From Acidobacteriota bacterium (lineage in GTDB: Bacteria; Acidobacteriota; UBA6911; RPQK01; JADFOI01): 64,000 bases of DNA. A program made the position numbers and the translations under genes. The stretch lies in the NCBI GenBank assembly GCA_963663035.1, contig OY760074.1, positions 224,001 through 288,000 of the forward strand, read 5' to 3'. This document shows positions 47,898-58,653 of the stretch, piece by piece. The first letter of the stretch is position 1, and every line of letters starts with the position of its first letter. The notes under the pieces are model-generated. The model made no database searches. It worked only from the letters and a program-made list of their open reading frames with translations, and was not told where the DNA came from.

Positions 47898-48983
47898 TCA
47901 TCGCAATCTGGAAAACTCCTTGGGGTCGAAGGCTTCACGAAAGGCTTCCCCAATCAGGACGACCAGGAGCAGGGTCAGAAAGAGGGCCGCCAGAGGGAAA
48001 AAGACCAACCACCACTTGGTCAGCAAACTCATGCCCTGGCCAATCAGTTCTCCCCAACTGGGAGTGGGGGCGGGTAGTCCGAATCCCAGGAAGTCCAGGG
48101 CCACCAGCGCGCCGATGTTGCCCACGATGGCAAAGGGAGCGAAGGAGACAATCGGATTGATGGCGTTGGGTAAAATATGCTTGAACATGATGGTCCAGTC
48201 CGATGCCCCCATGGCCAGTGCAGCCCCCACATAGTCTTTGGCCTTTTCACGGTAGAACTCCCCCCGGATGTAATAGGTGATTCCCATCCAGCCGAAGGCG
48301 GACAAAAGGAAGATCAGAAGCCAGAAGGAGGGCTGCAGCAGCTGACTCCTTCCCGGCAGGTAGATCGGCACGACGATCGAACTCACGATCATGATGGTGT
48401 AAAGAAAGGGAAGGGAGGACCAGATTTCGATGACCCGCTGTCCCAGAATATCCAGCTTTCCCCCGAAGTATCCAATCAATCCACCCACGGCAATTCCCAG
48501 CCCATAGCTGAAGGTGAGAACCAGCACGGCGAAGGTCATCGATATATTGAAGCCATAGGCGAGCCGCGCGAACACGTCGCGGCCTCGATCGTCGGTTCCG
48601 AAGAAATGCTGGAGGGAAGGCTCGTGAGGGGGAACGCCCTCTAGTTCCAGCAGTGATTCGTTGGGGTGATAGGGGTAGGGAGGCAGGATGACCCAGTTGC
48701 CCTGCCCTGCAGCAGAGAACTGATCCTTCAGTTGCCGGTAGTCCGGTTCGCCGATCGCCTCCAGGCCGAACTCCTCGGGACCGTAAAAGCGCAGCATGGG
48801 AAAGAAGTATTCGCCCTCATATCGCACCAAAAGCGGCTTGCTGTTCACGAGGAGGGGCAGTACGAACGAGATCAGGTAGGCGGCCACAATGATCAGGAAG
48901 GAGTAATAGCCCCGCTTGAGACTGCGGAACTTCCGCCAACGCTTGCGGAAGATGGATAGGGAGGGGGGCGGCACCTGGTTCAT
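47898..48983 (-). CDS. Peptide ABC transporter permease (YejE/OppC-like)
   Basis: KRGYYS, GTDDRGRD, HILPNA, LDFLGFG, PSWGEL. Confidence 0.93.
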   Translation of the reverse strand: MNQVPPPSLSIFRKRWRKFRSLKRGYYSFLIIVAAYLISFVLPLLVNSKPLLVRYEGEYFFPMLRFYGPEEFGLEAIGEPDYRQLKDQFSAAGQGNWVILPPYPYHPNESLLELEGVPPHEPSLQHFFGTDDRGRDVFARLAYGFNISMTFAVLVLTFSYGLGIAVGGLIGYFGGKLDILGQRVIEIWSSLPFLYTIMIVSSIVVPIYLPGRSQLLQPSFWLLIFLLSAFGWMGITYYIRGEFYREKAKDYVGAALAMGASDWTIMFKHILPNAINPIVSFAPFAIVGNIGALVALDFLGFGLPAPTPSWGELIGQGMSLLTKWWLVFFPLAALFLTLLLVVLIGEAFREAFDPKEFSRLR

Positions 48984-50014
48984 TATCGAAACCGTATCCG
49001 CGGGTCGACGAACACGTAGATGACGTCCGAGATAATATTGCCCAACAGCATGAGAAGACTGGAAATGACCACGATGCCCAGGGCCACCGGATAGTCTCTT
49101 TGCAGGATCGAGGTATATCCCAGATAGCCCATTCCGTCGATATTAAACACCTTCTCGATCAGAAAGGAGCCGGCCAGAATCAGGCTGAAGAAGTGTCCCA
49201 GACCGGTGGCGATGGGGATCAGGGAATTTCGCAGGGCATGCAAAAAGATCACCCGCCGCTCACTCAAGCCCTTGGCAAAAGCGGTTCGGACATAGTCTTG
49301 TCCCAGGTTCTCCAGCAGCGAGTTCTTGGTCAGGATAGTGAGGGTGGCAAAGGAGCCGATCATATAGCAGACCACGGGAAGAAACATGTGGTGAAGCTGG
49401 GCCACGATTTTCTGGCCGAAATTCAAGAATTCCCAATTAGTGGGTCGGAAGCCGCCCAGGGGAAAGAAATCCCAGAAGCTTCCCCCTCCCAGAAACACCA
49501 GTAGGGCGGTCCCCAGTGCCCATCCAGGAATCGAGTAGCCCAGAAACACAATGAAGCTGGTGCTGAAATCGAAGCGCGATCCGTGTCGAATCGCCTTGAA
49601 GACCCCCAGGGGCACGCAAACCAGATAGCTCAGCAAAAAGCCCGTCAGTCCTAAGAATATGGAGACGGGGAAGCGCGATTTGATCACATCCCATACCGGC
49701 TCCTGGTAGATGTAGGATCGACCCAGATCGAGCCGCACCACGTTCCAGAGCCACTGGGCATAGCGAATAGCGACGGGCTTGTCGAAACCGTAGTATCGCC
49801 TCATCTCCTCCAGCGCTGCTTCAGGAATACCGGTATCCAGCCTCAGCCCTCCGCCGCTGGCCCCGCCCTCCTCAGCCAGCGCCATCTGGTAGCTCATGAT
49901 CCTGCGTTCGATGGGGCCGCCCGGGACGAAGTGCATGATCAGGAAGACGGCCAGTGTGATGCCCAAGAAGGTGGGAATGACCAGCAGGAACCGGCGGATG
50001 AAGTAGGCTGTCAT
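48983..50014 (-). CDS. Peptide ABC transporter permease (YejB/OppB-like)
   Basis: YFIRRFLL, PGGP, YGFDKP, YVRTAFAKGL, DPRI. Confidence 0.93.
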   Translation of the reverse strand: MTAYFIRRFLLVIPTFLGITLAVFLIMHFVPGGPIERRIMSYQMALAEEGGASGGGLRLDTGIPEAALEEMRRYYGFDKPVAIRYAQWLWNVVRLDLGRSYIYQEPVWDVIKSRFPVSIFLGLTGFLLSYLVCVPLGVFKAIRHGSRFDFSTSFIVFLGYSIPGWALGTALLVFLGGGSFWDFFPLGGFRPTNWEFLNFGQKIVAQLHHMFLPVVCYMIGSFATLTILTKNSLLENLGQDYVRTAFAKGLSERRVIFLHALRNSLIPIATGLGHFFSLILAGSFLIEKVFNIDGMGYLGYTSILQRDYPVALGIVVISSLLMLLGNIISDVIYVFVDPRIRFR

Positions 50015-51975
50015 GGGGTTTCTGTGGTATTGGTCTGCTGCTCGACTTGAGCAAAGTCCAGCCAGTACCGATCTTCTGATGGGCCGACTTCCAGTTGAAT
50101 GTCTGGATCACGCTGGGCCTGATCGAACTGCTCTAGTCTTTCCGGGTCGATCCACCACACTGAGGGAATGTCTGAGTAGTCCCCGATCCTGGTGAAAGTT
50201 CCTTCGGGGTATCCAAATTTATTCAAGTACACGACTCGCTTAAAGGGGGCCGTCCATTCCAGAATGTAGGGGTAGAGATTGGCCAGGATGCCATCAATCT
50301 CCCGAACGGCGGCAATGCGCTCATCCAGGTCGAACATCTCGTTATAGGCCTCGGTGATTTCATCGATTCTACGATTTTTGATCCCGGTGATATTGTTGGT
50401 ACCGTTCGGATCGGCCAGTGAAGAATGGTATTCGACCTCCGGATTCGGGAAAAGCGATCCGCCCCATAACATGGAGACCATCTCAAACTGTCTGTCCAGG
50501 ACGAGCTTCCACTGGGCCTCCGGTGTCACCAGCCGCAAATTCAGGGTAATTCCTACTTTCCTCAAGTCTTCCTGGTACACGGTGAAAATTCTTTCCGAGG
50601 TCTGGGAACGGTAAAGGAGCTCTATTTCCAAGGGCTGGCCATTTTTCACCAAGCGCCCTCTTTCGTCCCGATTCCTCCAGCCCGCCTCGGCCAGCAAATT
50701 CAGGGCGAGTTCCGGATCGTATAAGACTACGGGATTATTGGGGTTCTCATAGACGCCGCCGGCATAGTGGGAGTTCTGCAGCTGGTACTCGTTGTACATC
50801 AGCTTTTCGATCAGCTGCTCCCGATTGAAGAGGTGAAAGAGGGCCTTTCGCACCCGGATGTCGTCATAGGGTACTCTGCGCATATTGAATGCCAGACCCT
50901 GTACTCCGATAGCATCGTGATTGAAGATCTTCCGTTTTTGAATTAAACCTCTTTGTATCCGATCGAAATCCAGCTCCTCCACCCACATTTGGGCGCGGTT
51001 GACTATGTAGTAGTCGAGATCGCCTTTCTTGAACATTTCAAACTCCAGATTGCGGTCTCGAACCACGATTTCTTTGACCTGCTCAAAGTTATACAGGCCC
51101 ACATTTCGACGATGTTTTTCCGCCCAGTAATCCTGGCGCTTGCGGAGCGTCAAAGAGTTTCCCTTGTCGATATCTTCTTCCCGAACGAGGTAAGGGCCGG
51201 TGCCGGGAAGCATCTTGAAGTTGTAGTCACGGAGGTAGGTGGCTGCGTCCACATCTTTCAGGACATGGGCCGGGAAGAGCTGCAGCGAAGTTGAAAAAAG
51301 GAGGAAGTTCTGCCAGTTCACTTTGGCGCTATTGACCCGAACGATATATTTGCTCTCGGCAACGGGTCTTTCGAACTTACTCCAAACCATCTGATCCATC
51401 GGTGACTGCAATCCCTCATCCATGCTCAGATCCCAAGAAGCTACAGCGTCCTCGGCCGTGACCGGCTGGCCATCGGACCAGCGGGCATTGGGGTTGATTC
51501 GGAAGCGAAAGGTCATTTTATCGGGGGAGATTTGCCAGTGGGTGGCCAGGGCGGGGATGTATCCCATGGTGGTGGGATGCAGGCCCAGCAGCGTCTCGTA
51601 GACCAACGCCCCCAGCACATAGTAGTTTAGGGAGGTATTCGATTCCGGCCCCACCATCCGCATTGTGCCGGGAAAAGACCCTATTGGCTCCCTGAGCAAT
51701 CCCCCCTTCACGGCGCGAGGATCCCCAATGAAGTCAAACTCCGTATTGGTCTCCCAGCCCTCACCGGTGAAGCCCCTGCCTCCCTGCTCGGCAGAAACGG
51801 CCGGGTCTGCCCCGGCATCCGCATCCGGAAAGACCGGATAGTCGTTCTTGTCCATGGAGACCGGACCTCGGGGCTCCAGGCCGGGTGCTGATCCACCCCC
51901 GCCTATATCCAAGTAACTGCAGCCCAAGGCCGCCAAAAATCCACTCATCAAACAAATGTATAGGACTTTGCGCAT
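50011..51975 (-). CDS. Family 5 extracellular solute-binding lipoprotein (YejA-like)
   Basis: ALGC lipobox, AVKGG, ARWSDG, GTGPY, DIRVRKAL. Confidence 0.92.
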   Translation of the reverse strand: MRKVLYICLMSGFLAALGCSYLDIGGGGSAPGLEPRGPVSMDKNDYPVFPDADAGADPAVSAEQGGRGFTGEGWETNTEFDFIGDPRAVKGGLLREPIGSFPGTMRMVGPESNTSLNYYVLGALVYETLLGLHPTTMGYIPALATHWQISPDKMTFRFRINPNARWSDGQPVTAEDAVASWDLSMDEGLQSPMDQMVWSKFERPVAESKYIVRVNSAKVNWQNFLLFSTSLQLFPAHVLKDVDAATYLRDYNFKMLPGTGPYLVREEDIDKGNSLTLRKRQDYWAEKHRRNVGLYNFEQVKEIVVRDRNLEFEMFKKGDLDYYIVNRAQMWVEELDFDRIQRGLIQKRKIFNHDAIGVQGLAFNMRRVPYDDIRVRKALFHLFNREQLIEKLMYNEYQLQNSHYAGGVYENPNNPVVLYDPELALNLLAEAGWRNRDERGRLVKNGQPLEIELLYRSQTSERIFTVYQEDLRKVGITLNLRLVTPEAQWKLVLDRQFEMVSMLWGGSLFPNPEVEYHSSLADPNGTNNITGIKNRRIDEITEAYNEMFDLDERIAAVREIDGILANLYPYILEWTAPFKRVVYLNKFGYPEGTFTRIGDYSDIPSVWWIDPERLEQFDQAQRDPDIQLEVGPSEDRYWLDFAQVEQQTNTTETP

Positions 51976-52049
51976 TGTTTTGGTTCCTCCAGGTGAGAAC
52001 CATTGTAGAATGTCGATGACAGGGATGTAAAACGCCTGGCTGGCTCCGA

Positions 52050-52076
52050 TCAGAGCCGCAGGCTTTAGCCTGCGGG
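52050..52076. repeat. REP palindrome
   Basis: tcagagccgcaggctttagcctgcggg. Confidence 0.8.
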
Positions 52077-52131
52077 CCAGCGGGGACTTAAACGCAGATC
52101 CGGAACTCTCTCCTGACTCCTGCCTTCTCTT

Positions 52132-53244
52132 CTAGTACTCATCAAAGATGCGCTGGATTTCCTTCAGGTCTTTTGTCCGGGTCAAGGCCAGCATGAGAAG
52201 AATACGGGCCTTCTGGGGGGGGAGGTTATCTCCTTCAATGAAGATGTCATTCGGGTTGGCTTCGGCTCGCCCTTCGCCGCCCCGATTGGTGATGACAATC
52301 GGCAGGCCCGCCTGGGCCAGGGCACTCAGAGGCTCCCTGTGCTCTGGGGCCAGTCTTTGGGAGACCGGAAAGCCTTGAAAAATCAATCCATCCAGTTCCA
52401 GGCCTTTGAGTGCATTGAGAATGACGCCGGATGCTCCGGCAGCGGTACTCATGATTTCCACCGTGGCAAGATCTTGGAGTTGGCTCACGTCAAATTCGCT
52501 TTGATAGGTATGTCGCCGCACTGGGGCGTGGTAAAAGGTCACCTGATCGGGGTCAACGTAGCCCAGGACGCCGACGCCCCGCGTGTTAAAAGCCCCGGGA
52601 CGACGACCAGTCTTGAGAACATCGCGACTGCTCTTGATCTCTTCATCCAAAATGACAAAGACACCTTTTCCCTTGGCTTGAGGGGAGGAAACAACCCGGA
52701 TGGCATCGAGCAGGTTTCGGTCCCCATCGTTTCCCAGGGTGCCGTGCCTGCGCTGGGACGCCGCCAGGGCCACGGGTTTGTCACTTTTAACCGTGAGATT
52801 GAGAAAATACGAGGTTTCTTCGGTGGTTTGAGTTCCGTGAGTGACAACGATTCCCGTAACCTCGGGCTCTGTTTCGAAGATCTTATTAATGGCGTTGGCC
52901 AGACCGATCCACACCTTGGGGTTCATGGACGAACTTCCAATGCGCACATGGTCTACCACTTCCACCCGCGCGTACTGGCTGATAGCCGGAATATCTCGAA
53001 CCACAGCTGTGGCGCTGACTCGACCATCAGTCGTGTTGGCGATGGTTCCTCCGGTGGCAACGATTTTCACCAGAGGAAGTGGGGAATCCCCCGTCATCGA
53101 TTGCGAATGCAGCAGCAGGGGATTGGCTAGACCTGCAGCCAGGACGGATAGGATCGGCAGGAAGTATTTCACTTTTTTGAGTCCTCCTCGAAAAGTTCGT
53201 TGGGATCTTGCGGCGATGCTACTGCCCGTCTGAACTTCTGTCAA
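52132..53244 (-). CDS. Asparaginase/glutaminase-family protein, probably exported
   Basis: ATGGTIA, VTHGTQT, L-x-PQKARILLMLAL. Confidence 0.88.
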   Translation of the reverse strand: MTEVQTGSSIAARSQRTFRGGLKKVKYFLPILSVLAAGLANPLLLHSQSMTGDSPLPLVKIVATGGTIANTTDGRVSATAVVRDIPAISQYARVEVVDHVRIGSSSMNPKVWIGLANAINKIFETEPEVTGIVVTHGTQTTEETSYFLNLTVKSDKPVALAASQRRHGTLGNDGDRNLLDAIRVVSSPQAKGKGVFVILDEEIKSSRDVLKTGRRPGAFNTRGVGVLGYVDPDQVTFYHAPVRRHTYQSEFDVSQLQDLATVEIMSTAAGASGVILNALKGLELDGLIFQGFPVSQRLAPEHREPLSALAQAGLPIVITNRGGEGRAEANPNDIFIEGDNLPPQKARILLMLALTRTKDLKEIQRIFDEY

Positions 53245-53262
53245 CAGAGAAGGTGGAATCAG

Positions 53263-53289
53263 TCAGAGCCTTGGGCTTTAGCCCACGGG
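53263..53289. repeat. REP palindrome
   Basis: tcagagccttgggctttagcccacggg. Confidence 0.75.
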
Positions 53290-53419
53290 CCATCAAGTCA
53301 CCTGTCTTAACCCAAGAAAACGGCGACAATGGCAATTTCCCATTGCCTTTCCCAACGTCAAGAGCTAGCATTCAAGCTGTAATCGGTGTTCACTGATTAG
53401 GTACCGAAGCGGAGAAGAA

Positions 53420-53773
53420 ATGAAAGGAAGACGCCAGTATAGACGCTGGCGGGTGTCAATGCCCTGCTCGGTGACGTGGGAAGAGGGGAATACCCGGGGG
53501 CAAATCGCCAATATTTCCTTCGGTGGGGCGTTGATATCTGAGGTCACTTCTGTTCCTCCTGAGGGCGCCCTGGTCGCTCTGACCTTTGACGCCAAGGAGG
53601 GGCCGGTCCGTCTGGAAGGCAAACTGACTTCCCGGGTTATCCATACCATCACGGAGCTTATTGAAGACGGCGGGGTTGGCTCGTTTGGCGTACAGTTCGA
53701 GGGGTCCATAGAAGATATCCGGGCCAAGCTGGTTCCCATTTTCCAGGTTCTGACTTCAGGAAAAGACGACTAG
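53420..53773 (+). CDS. PilZ-domain protein
   Basis: RxxxR (RRQYRR) and NxSxGG (NISFGG) c-di-GMP motifs, GVQF. Confidence 0.85.
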   Translation: MKGRRQYRRWRVSMPCSVTWEEGNTRGQIANISFGGALISEVTSVPPEGALVALTFDAKEGPVRLEGKLTSRVIHTITELIEDGGVGSFGVQFEGSIEDIRAKLVPIFQVLTSGKDD

Positions 53774-53790
53774 CTGCAGAAGGCAAATCA

Positions 53791-55035
53791 ATGAAAAAGT
53801 GGACTGTGGTGGGTCTCCTGGGAGGGATGGCCTTCGCAACGGATCTGATTCGTACTTCGCTGGGAATCGTGGCCCCGACCTTGATGAGCCTCTATGACAT
53901 CTCTTTCGAAGAGATGGGGTTTATCTTGGCGGGTTGGAACTGGGCCTACACCGCTTCGCTGCTCATGATTGGTCCCCTCGTGGACCGATTTGGCCCCTGG
54001 CTGATTGTGGGCATCGGGTCTGGAGTTTGGGGCATGGCTACCATGGCCCTGCCCCTTGCTTCTACTGTCACATCGCTCTTTGTCATGCGTGCTCTCTTTG
54101 GACTGGGGCACAGCATGCGAATGCCCTCACAGGCCGCCTGTATCTCGCGTTGGATGGGTCCTGATCTGCGTGCCACAGCGATTGGCCTCTGTTTCTTTGG
54201 AGGTCAGATTGCCCTGGCTATCGGACCCGCACTGGGTGCTTTCCTGATCAGCAGTTTGGGGTGGCAATGGGTCTTTTATGTCTCTGGCACTGTCAGCTTG
54301 CTGTTCTGCCTGACCTGGTTTTCTCTTTACCCCAGGGACAAGGTCGAGGCCCAGGTTGAACCCGGTCAGATTGAGAAGGAGAGCGCCAGGGACAAGATCC
54401 CCTGGTCTTCGCTTCTGGGGTACCGGGCAACCTGGGGCATCGCCCTGGGACAAATGGGATATCTCTACTCCTACTTCTTCTTTTTTAGCTGGTTTCCAAG
54501 TTATTTGAGGCTGGAGCGGAACCTGAGCCTGCCCGAAACCGGAATCCTGTCCGGCCTTCCCTTCTTGATGGGAATGGTCGGGACTGCTGGGGGAGGATGG
54601 TTGGGAGATCATCTCATCCGGCGCGGTGTGAGCCGGTCTGCTTCGCGCAAGGGAATGGTTGTCACAGGACTCACCATGACCACAATCCTGGTGGTTGCTG
54701 CAGCCTTTACCACCCAGACCTGGCTGGCGGTCACCCTCTTAACTTTTTGCATGGGATTCCTCAGAATGACGACGGCATCTGCCAATGCCATGCCCATTGA
54801 TCTGGCCCCAGCTGGATCCGTTGCCTCTCTGACTTCCATTCAGAATTTTGCAGGAAACGTGAGCGGTGTGCTCCAGCCCATTGTCACCGGGTTCATCGTG
54901 GGAGCTATGGGTGGCTCCTTTTTTGGGGCCCTTCTGATTGCCGGCGGGATGGCCATGCTGGGGGCGTGCTCCTTCCTGTTCTTGGTAGGGCCTCTGGAGA
55001 CCCTTCCTGTCCCCAATTCAGATGGTCCCCACTAA
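53791..55035 (+). CDS. MFS transporter (anion:cation symporter-like)
   Basis: GPLVDRFG, GWQWVF, WFPSYL, GGWLGD, about 12 TMs. Confidence 0.9.
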   Translation: MKKWTVVGLLGGMAFATDLIRTSLGIVAPTLMSLYDISFEEMGFILAGWNWAYTASLLMIGPLVDRFGPWLIVGIGSGVWGMATMALPLASTVTSLFVMRALFGLGHSMRMPSQAACISRWMGPDLRATAIGLCFFGGQIALAIGPALGAFLISSLGWQWVFYVSGTVSLLFCLTWFSLYPRDKVEAQVEPGQIEKESARDKIPWSSLLGYRATWGIALGQMGYLYSYFFFFSWFPSYLRLERNLSLPETGILSGLPFLMGMVGTAGGGWLGDHLIRRGVSRSASRKGMVVTGLTMTTILVVAAAFTTQTWLAVTLLTFCMGFLRMTTASANAMPIDLAPAGSVASLTSIQNFAGNVSGVLQPIVTGFIVGAMGGSFFGALLIAGGMAMLGACSFLFLVGPLETLPVPNSDGPH

Positions 55036-55038
55036 AAG

Positions 55039-56673
55039 ATGGGGGACCATTTGAATTGGGCTAGGATTGTCCCCTGGTCGCAACCGAGGGGATTCATTGC
55101 TGTCGCAGCTGCCTGTGCGCTTTTTCTCTTTCTCCCTCTGGTGCTGATTTCAGAGACTCCCAGAGCTCGTCTCAACGTCGCCGAGATGTGCTCGCTCCTG
55201 TTTTTTCTGATCTTGATCGTCCGTCTCCTGATGGTCGGTCAGCCAAGGGAGGGTTTGGCGGCAGAGGAAAGATCCGCCAAGGGATTGCTGCTTGCACTGA
55301 CCTTGGCCTCTGGACTTTATGCCACCACGCTTCCAATTTATTTCATCAGCGACGATTACACCTACTTAGTCCATGCTGAAAGCCCGATTTTTAAGAGCCT
55401 CTGGCTGCTCTTGACAGAGGGGCAGGCCGGGGTTTTTCTTCGGCCAGTTGGTTTTGCCACCCTCTTTGTGGATTATCGCCTCTGGGAGCTCTGGCCCCCT
55501 GGATACCATCTGACCAGCATTCTGCTTCACCTCATCACCACGGCAGGTATCTTCTTCCTTCTTGAGGGTCTTGGGCAGAGAGCGGAAACGTGTGCTACCG
55601 GGGCGCTGATCTTTTCCGTTTTTCCCATTCAGGTCGAAGCCGTCTCCTGGATGGGAGGTCGCTTCGACGTGGTGGCCACCTGCCTCACGGTTTGGGCGCT
55701 GGTGTACTATGTGAGGTTTCGTGGAACCGGCCACACCTCTCACCTGCTGTTTGCCCTGGTTTTCTTCCTACTGGGGATGCTGTCCAAAGAGAATGCCTAC
55801 ATACTTCCCCTTCTGTTGATTTCTCTTGAGTTTCTCGTCATGCCCATTCGGAAACTGAGATCAGTGGGTCCCTTCCTTTTGCTTGCGACCATTGCCTTTG
55901 TCTATAGATGGATTGTTTTGGGTGGAATCGGGGGATATGCAAATCCGAGCGGTCAACCCGCCACCTTCGAGATAGGATTGCAGACATTCGAAGGTTTGTT
56001 GGGCCGGGCTCCAGCTCAAATGCTTCTGGGTTATAACTGGCTGCAGCCTCCCTTGTTTGAGCCCATTCTTCTCGTTTCCCTCACGGGGGCCCTACTCTTA
56101 GCCCTTGTTCTGGGCACAAGCTTCTGCAAGTCTGACAAAGGACTGATCTGGTTTGGCCTGACCTGGATCGTTCTTGCCAATATTCCGCCTCACCCTCTGA
56201 TACTGGTGGGGGCTGACCTGGCCAATTCGCGAGTCTTCTATTTAGGTTCTGCAGGGCTAGCCATCGTCATTGCTTTACTCTTGACGGGCATCAGCCATAC
56301 AAGATTGAGACGCTGCTGGACTGCACTTCTTGTCCTGTTCCTCGGTGCAGGTCTTCTTCATAACGTAGGTGCTCGGCGATGGACTGGCGACATTTCCAGG
56401 GAATTCCTTTCAGAGTTGCGTCGTCTTGAACCTTCCCCGGCCGCAAATGCGGAGTTGGTGTTCCGAGGCCTGCCGGAGAAAATCAGGGGTGTATTCCTTT
56501 TCGGTGCAGGATTCACGGAAGCTATCCATATCCTCTACCAGCGGGAAGACCTGAGGGCGCGTCGAGAGTCAGATTCCTTATCCAGCCCGGCTCAAGTAGT
56601 GGAAGAAAGACCCGTGGTTGAGCTGCGTTGGGTTGGTGAGAAGGGAAGATTGCTGGAACGTATTCGAGACTAG
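55039..56673 (+). CDS. GT-C-like polytopic membrane protein
   Basis: SDDY, FLRP, YHLTSILLH, EAVSW..GR, LSKE. Confidence 0.75.
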   Translation: MGDHLNWARIVPWSQPRGFIAVAAACALFLFLPLVLISETPRARLNVAEMCSLLFFLILIVRLLMVGQPREGLAAEERSAKGLLLALTLASGLYATTLPIYFISDDYTYLVHAESPIFKSLWLLLTEGQAGVFLRPVGFATLFVDYRLWELWPPGYHLTSILLHLITTAGIFFLLEGLGQRAETCATGALIFSVFPIQVEAVSWMGGRFDVVATCLTVWALVYYVRFRGTGHTSHLLFALVFFLLGMLSKENAYILPLLLISLEFLVMPIRKLRSVGPFLLLATIAFVYRWIVLGGIGGYANPSGQPATFEIGLQTFEGLLGRAPAQMLLGYNWLQPPLFEPILLVSLTGALLLALVLGTSFCKSDKGLIWFGLTWIVLANIPPHPLILVGADLANSRVFYLGSAGLAIVIALLLTGISHTRLRRCWTALLVLFLGAGLLHNVGARRWTGDISREFLSELRRLEPSPAANAELVFRGLPEKIRGVFLFGAGFTEAIHILYQREDLRARRESDSLSSPAQVVEERPVVELRWVGEKGRLLERIRD

Positions 56674-56681
56674 CTCTTTAG

Positions 56682-56826
56682 CCGGGATTATGCATAAATT
56701 TTCTACTGCAGTACCGCAATCATCCACGCTGACTGCGTTGTGCGACCCGCAAGCGGGTACCCCTCGCACGCCTTGTCATCGTGGCGCCTGCGGCACTTCG
56801 TCACGAAAACCTATGCATAATTCCGA
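56682..56826. mobile_element. IS1380-like MITE, third full copy
   Basis: Near-identical to 34436..34581, located between convergent stop codons. Confidence 0.88.
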
Positions 56827-56828
56827 CT

Positions 56829-57596
56829 TTAGTTCGAATTTTTCCAGGGTCGAAACCGTTCGCCTTGGGGCCGCTGATAATCTCCTCTGGTTAACAATCT
56901 TTCCAGCCACACATTGAGAATGATATAGAGGTAGCGGCTTCCCATTTCCTTCGCACTAAAACGGGATACCCCGGCCTTTCGACTGCGCCACCTGATGGGT
57001 ACAACCACATAGGAATAGCCTCGGACAATGGCTTTGAGAGGAAGCTCAACGGTCAGATTGAAATGGGGTGACAAGAAGGGACGACATCCTTGGATGACTT
57101 CCTTGCGATAACCTTTGAAAGCATTGGTAATATCGTTATATCGCAGCCCAAACAAGAGGCGGATGAAGGTGTTGCCTATTCGATTTAATACTCTCTTGAG
57201 GGGAGGATAATCTTCCACCGAGCCGCCGTGCACCCAACGCGACCCGAAGGCGCAATCTGCCTGATCACACAAGACGTGGTAATACTTGGCCACGTCATCC
57301 GGATCGTCGGAGCCATCTGCCATGGTAATGACCACGGCATCTCCGCTAGCTGCTCTCAGACCCAGGCGCACGGTGCGGCCGAAGCCGTGTTGGCCTTCAT
57401 TACGGACTAGTCGGATGCGATCATCGGAACTGGCACGCTTTTCAATCTCAGTAATCGTGTCATCTTCACTTCCATCATCCACAGCGATCAGCTCAAAAGA
57501 AAGACTTTCACGGTCCAACCGCCGGATGAGATTTTCCAGGGTGTTCCCGATATTGCCGCCTTCGTTTCGTGCCGGTATCACTACGGAAAGGTTCAT
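56829..57596 (-). CDS. GT2 glycosyltransferase (DPM1-like)
   Basis: SVVIPARNE, VDDGSED, MADGSD, GSRW. Confidence 0.92.
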   Translation of the reverse strand: MNLSVVIPARNEGGNIGNTLENLIRRLDRESLSFELIAVDDGSEDDTITEIEKRASSDDRIRLVRNEGQHGFGRTVRLGLRAASGDAVVITMADGSDDPDDVAKYYHVLCDQADCAFGSRWVHGGSVEDYPPLKRVLNRIGNTFIRLLFGLRYNDITNAFKGYRKEVIQGCRPFLSPHFNLTVELPLKAIVRGYSYVVVPIRWRSRKAGVSRFSAKEMGSRYLYIILNVWLERLLTRGDYQRPQGERFRPWKNSN

Positions 57597-57605
57597 AGTC
57601 GATCG

Positions 57606-58637
57606 TTATCGGGCCAGTTCCTCAAGGATCGAAGTGATGGATCTGGAAATACCCCATTGCGGATAGTCTGTCCTTACTTTCTTCAGGTTACTGATATAGC
57701 AGATGTGATCACCGATCCGATGATCTTCAAGGTACTTTACGGTCAGCTGTTTGTCCATGAGCCGTTCGAACTGACCGATCGCCTCCAGAATCGACAAGCT
57801 ATTTGCTCGTCCTCCACCCAGGTTATAAACGGCGTGAGTACGAGGCTGCTGATAAAAAGCATCAATGAAAAGACACACATCGAAGGCGTGAATGTGATCC
57901 CTCACTTGCTTCCCTTTGTATCCGAAGATTTGGTACTCTCGGTTTTCTTTAAAAACCTTGGCTAAATAAGCGAGAAACCCATGAAGTTCAGCGCCCGAAT
58001 GCTGGGGACCGGTGATGCAGCCGCAACGCAGACAGACCGTAGGCATATCGAAATTGCGGCCATACTCTTGTACCAGGATGTCAGCCGATAGTTTGGATGC
58101 TCCAAACAAACTGTGAAGAGAGGCATCAATACGACAACTTTCATCAATGCCCTCGGAATCTTCCGGATGGGCAAAATCCCAGCGTGTTTCCAGTTCGACC
58201 AGCTTTTTTTCATTGGGAGCATCGCCATACACTTTGTTGGTACTCAAGAAGACAAAGGGTGATTCTGCACAGCAGGACCGAGCCGCTTCAAGCAAGTTTA
58301 GAGTTCCCGTAGCATTGATCTCAAAATCGTCAAAAGGTCGATCTTTTGCCAAGTCGTGAGAGGGCTGGGAGGCAGAGTGAATAATCAGATCAGGACGCAG
58401 ATTCCGAACCAGCTCCAAAATGACCTGACGATCTCGGACATCGCAGTCATGAGGAGTAAAGTTTTTCGTCGATTCAAGAAGGTGAGTGAGAGTCCCCTGT
58501 GTGTCACCGTCGGGACCAAAAAAATCGCGGCGCATATTATTGTCTACACCATGCACTTCCCAGCCACGGCTTTCAAAATAGAGAACCGTTTCAGATCCCA
58601 CGAGTCCGCTACTACCGGTCACAAAAACTTTTTTCAT
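57606..58637 (-). CDS. NAD-dependent epimerase (CDP-paratose 2-epimerase-like)
   Basis: TGSSGLVG, SQPSHD, STNKVYG, QEYGR, GKQVRD. Start at MKKVFV. Confidence 0.88.
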   Translation of the reverse strand: MKKVFVTGSSGLVGSETVLYFESRGWEVHGVDNNMRRDFFGPDGDTQGTLTHLLESTKNFTPHDCDVRDRQVILELVRNLRPDLIIHSASQPSHDLAKDRPFDDFEINATGTLNLLEAARSCCAESPFVFLSTNKVYGDAPNEKKLVELETRWDFAHPEDSEGIDESCRIDASLHSLFGASKLSADILVQEYGRNFDMPTVCLRCGCITGPQHSGAELHGFLAYLAKVFKENREYQIFGYKGKQVRDHIHAFDVCLFIDAFYQQPRTHAVYNLGGGRANSLSILEAIGQFERLMDKQLTVKYLEDHRIGDHICYISNLKKVRTDYPQWGISRSITSILEELAR

Positions 58638-58653
58638 ATGAGCTTTGGAAGTT

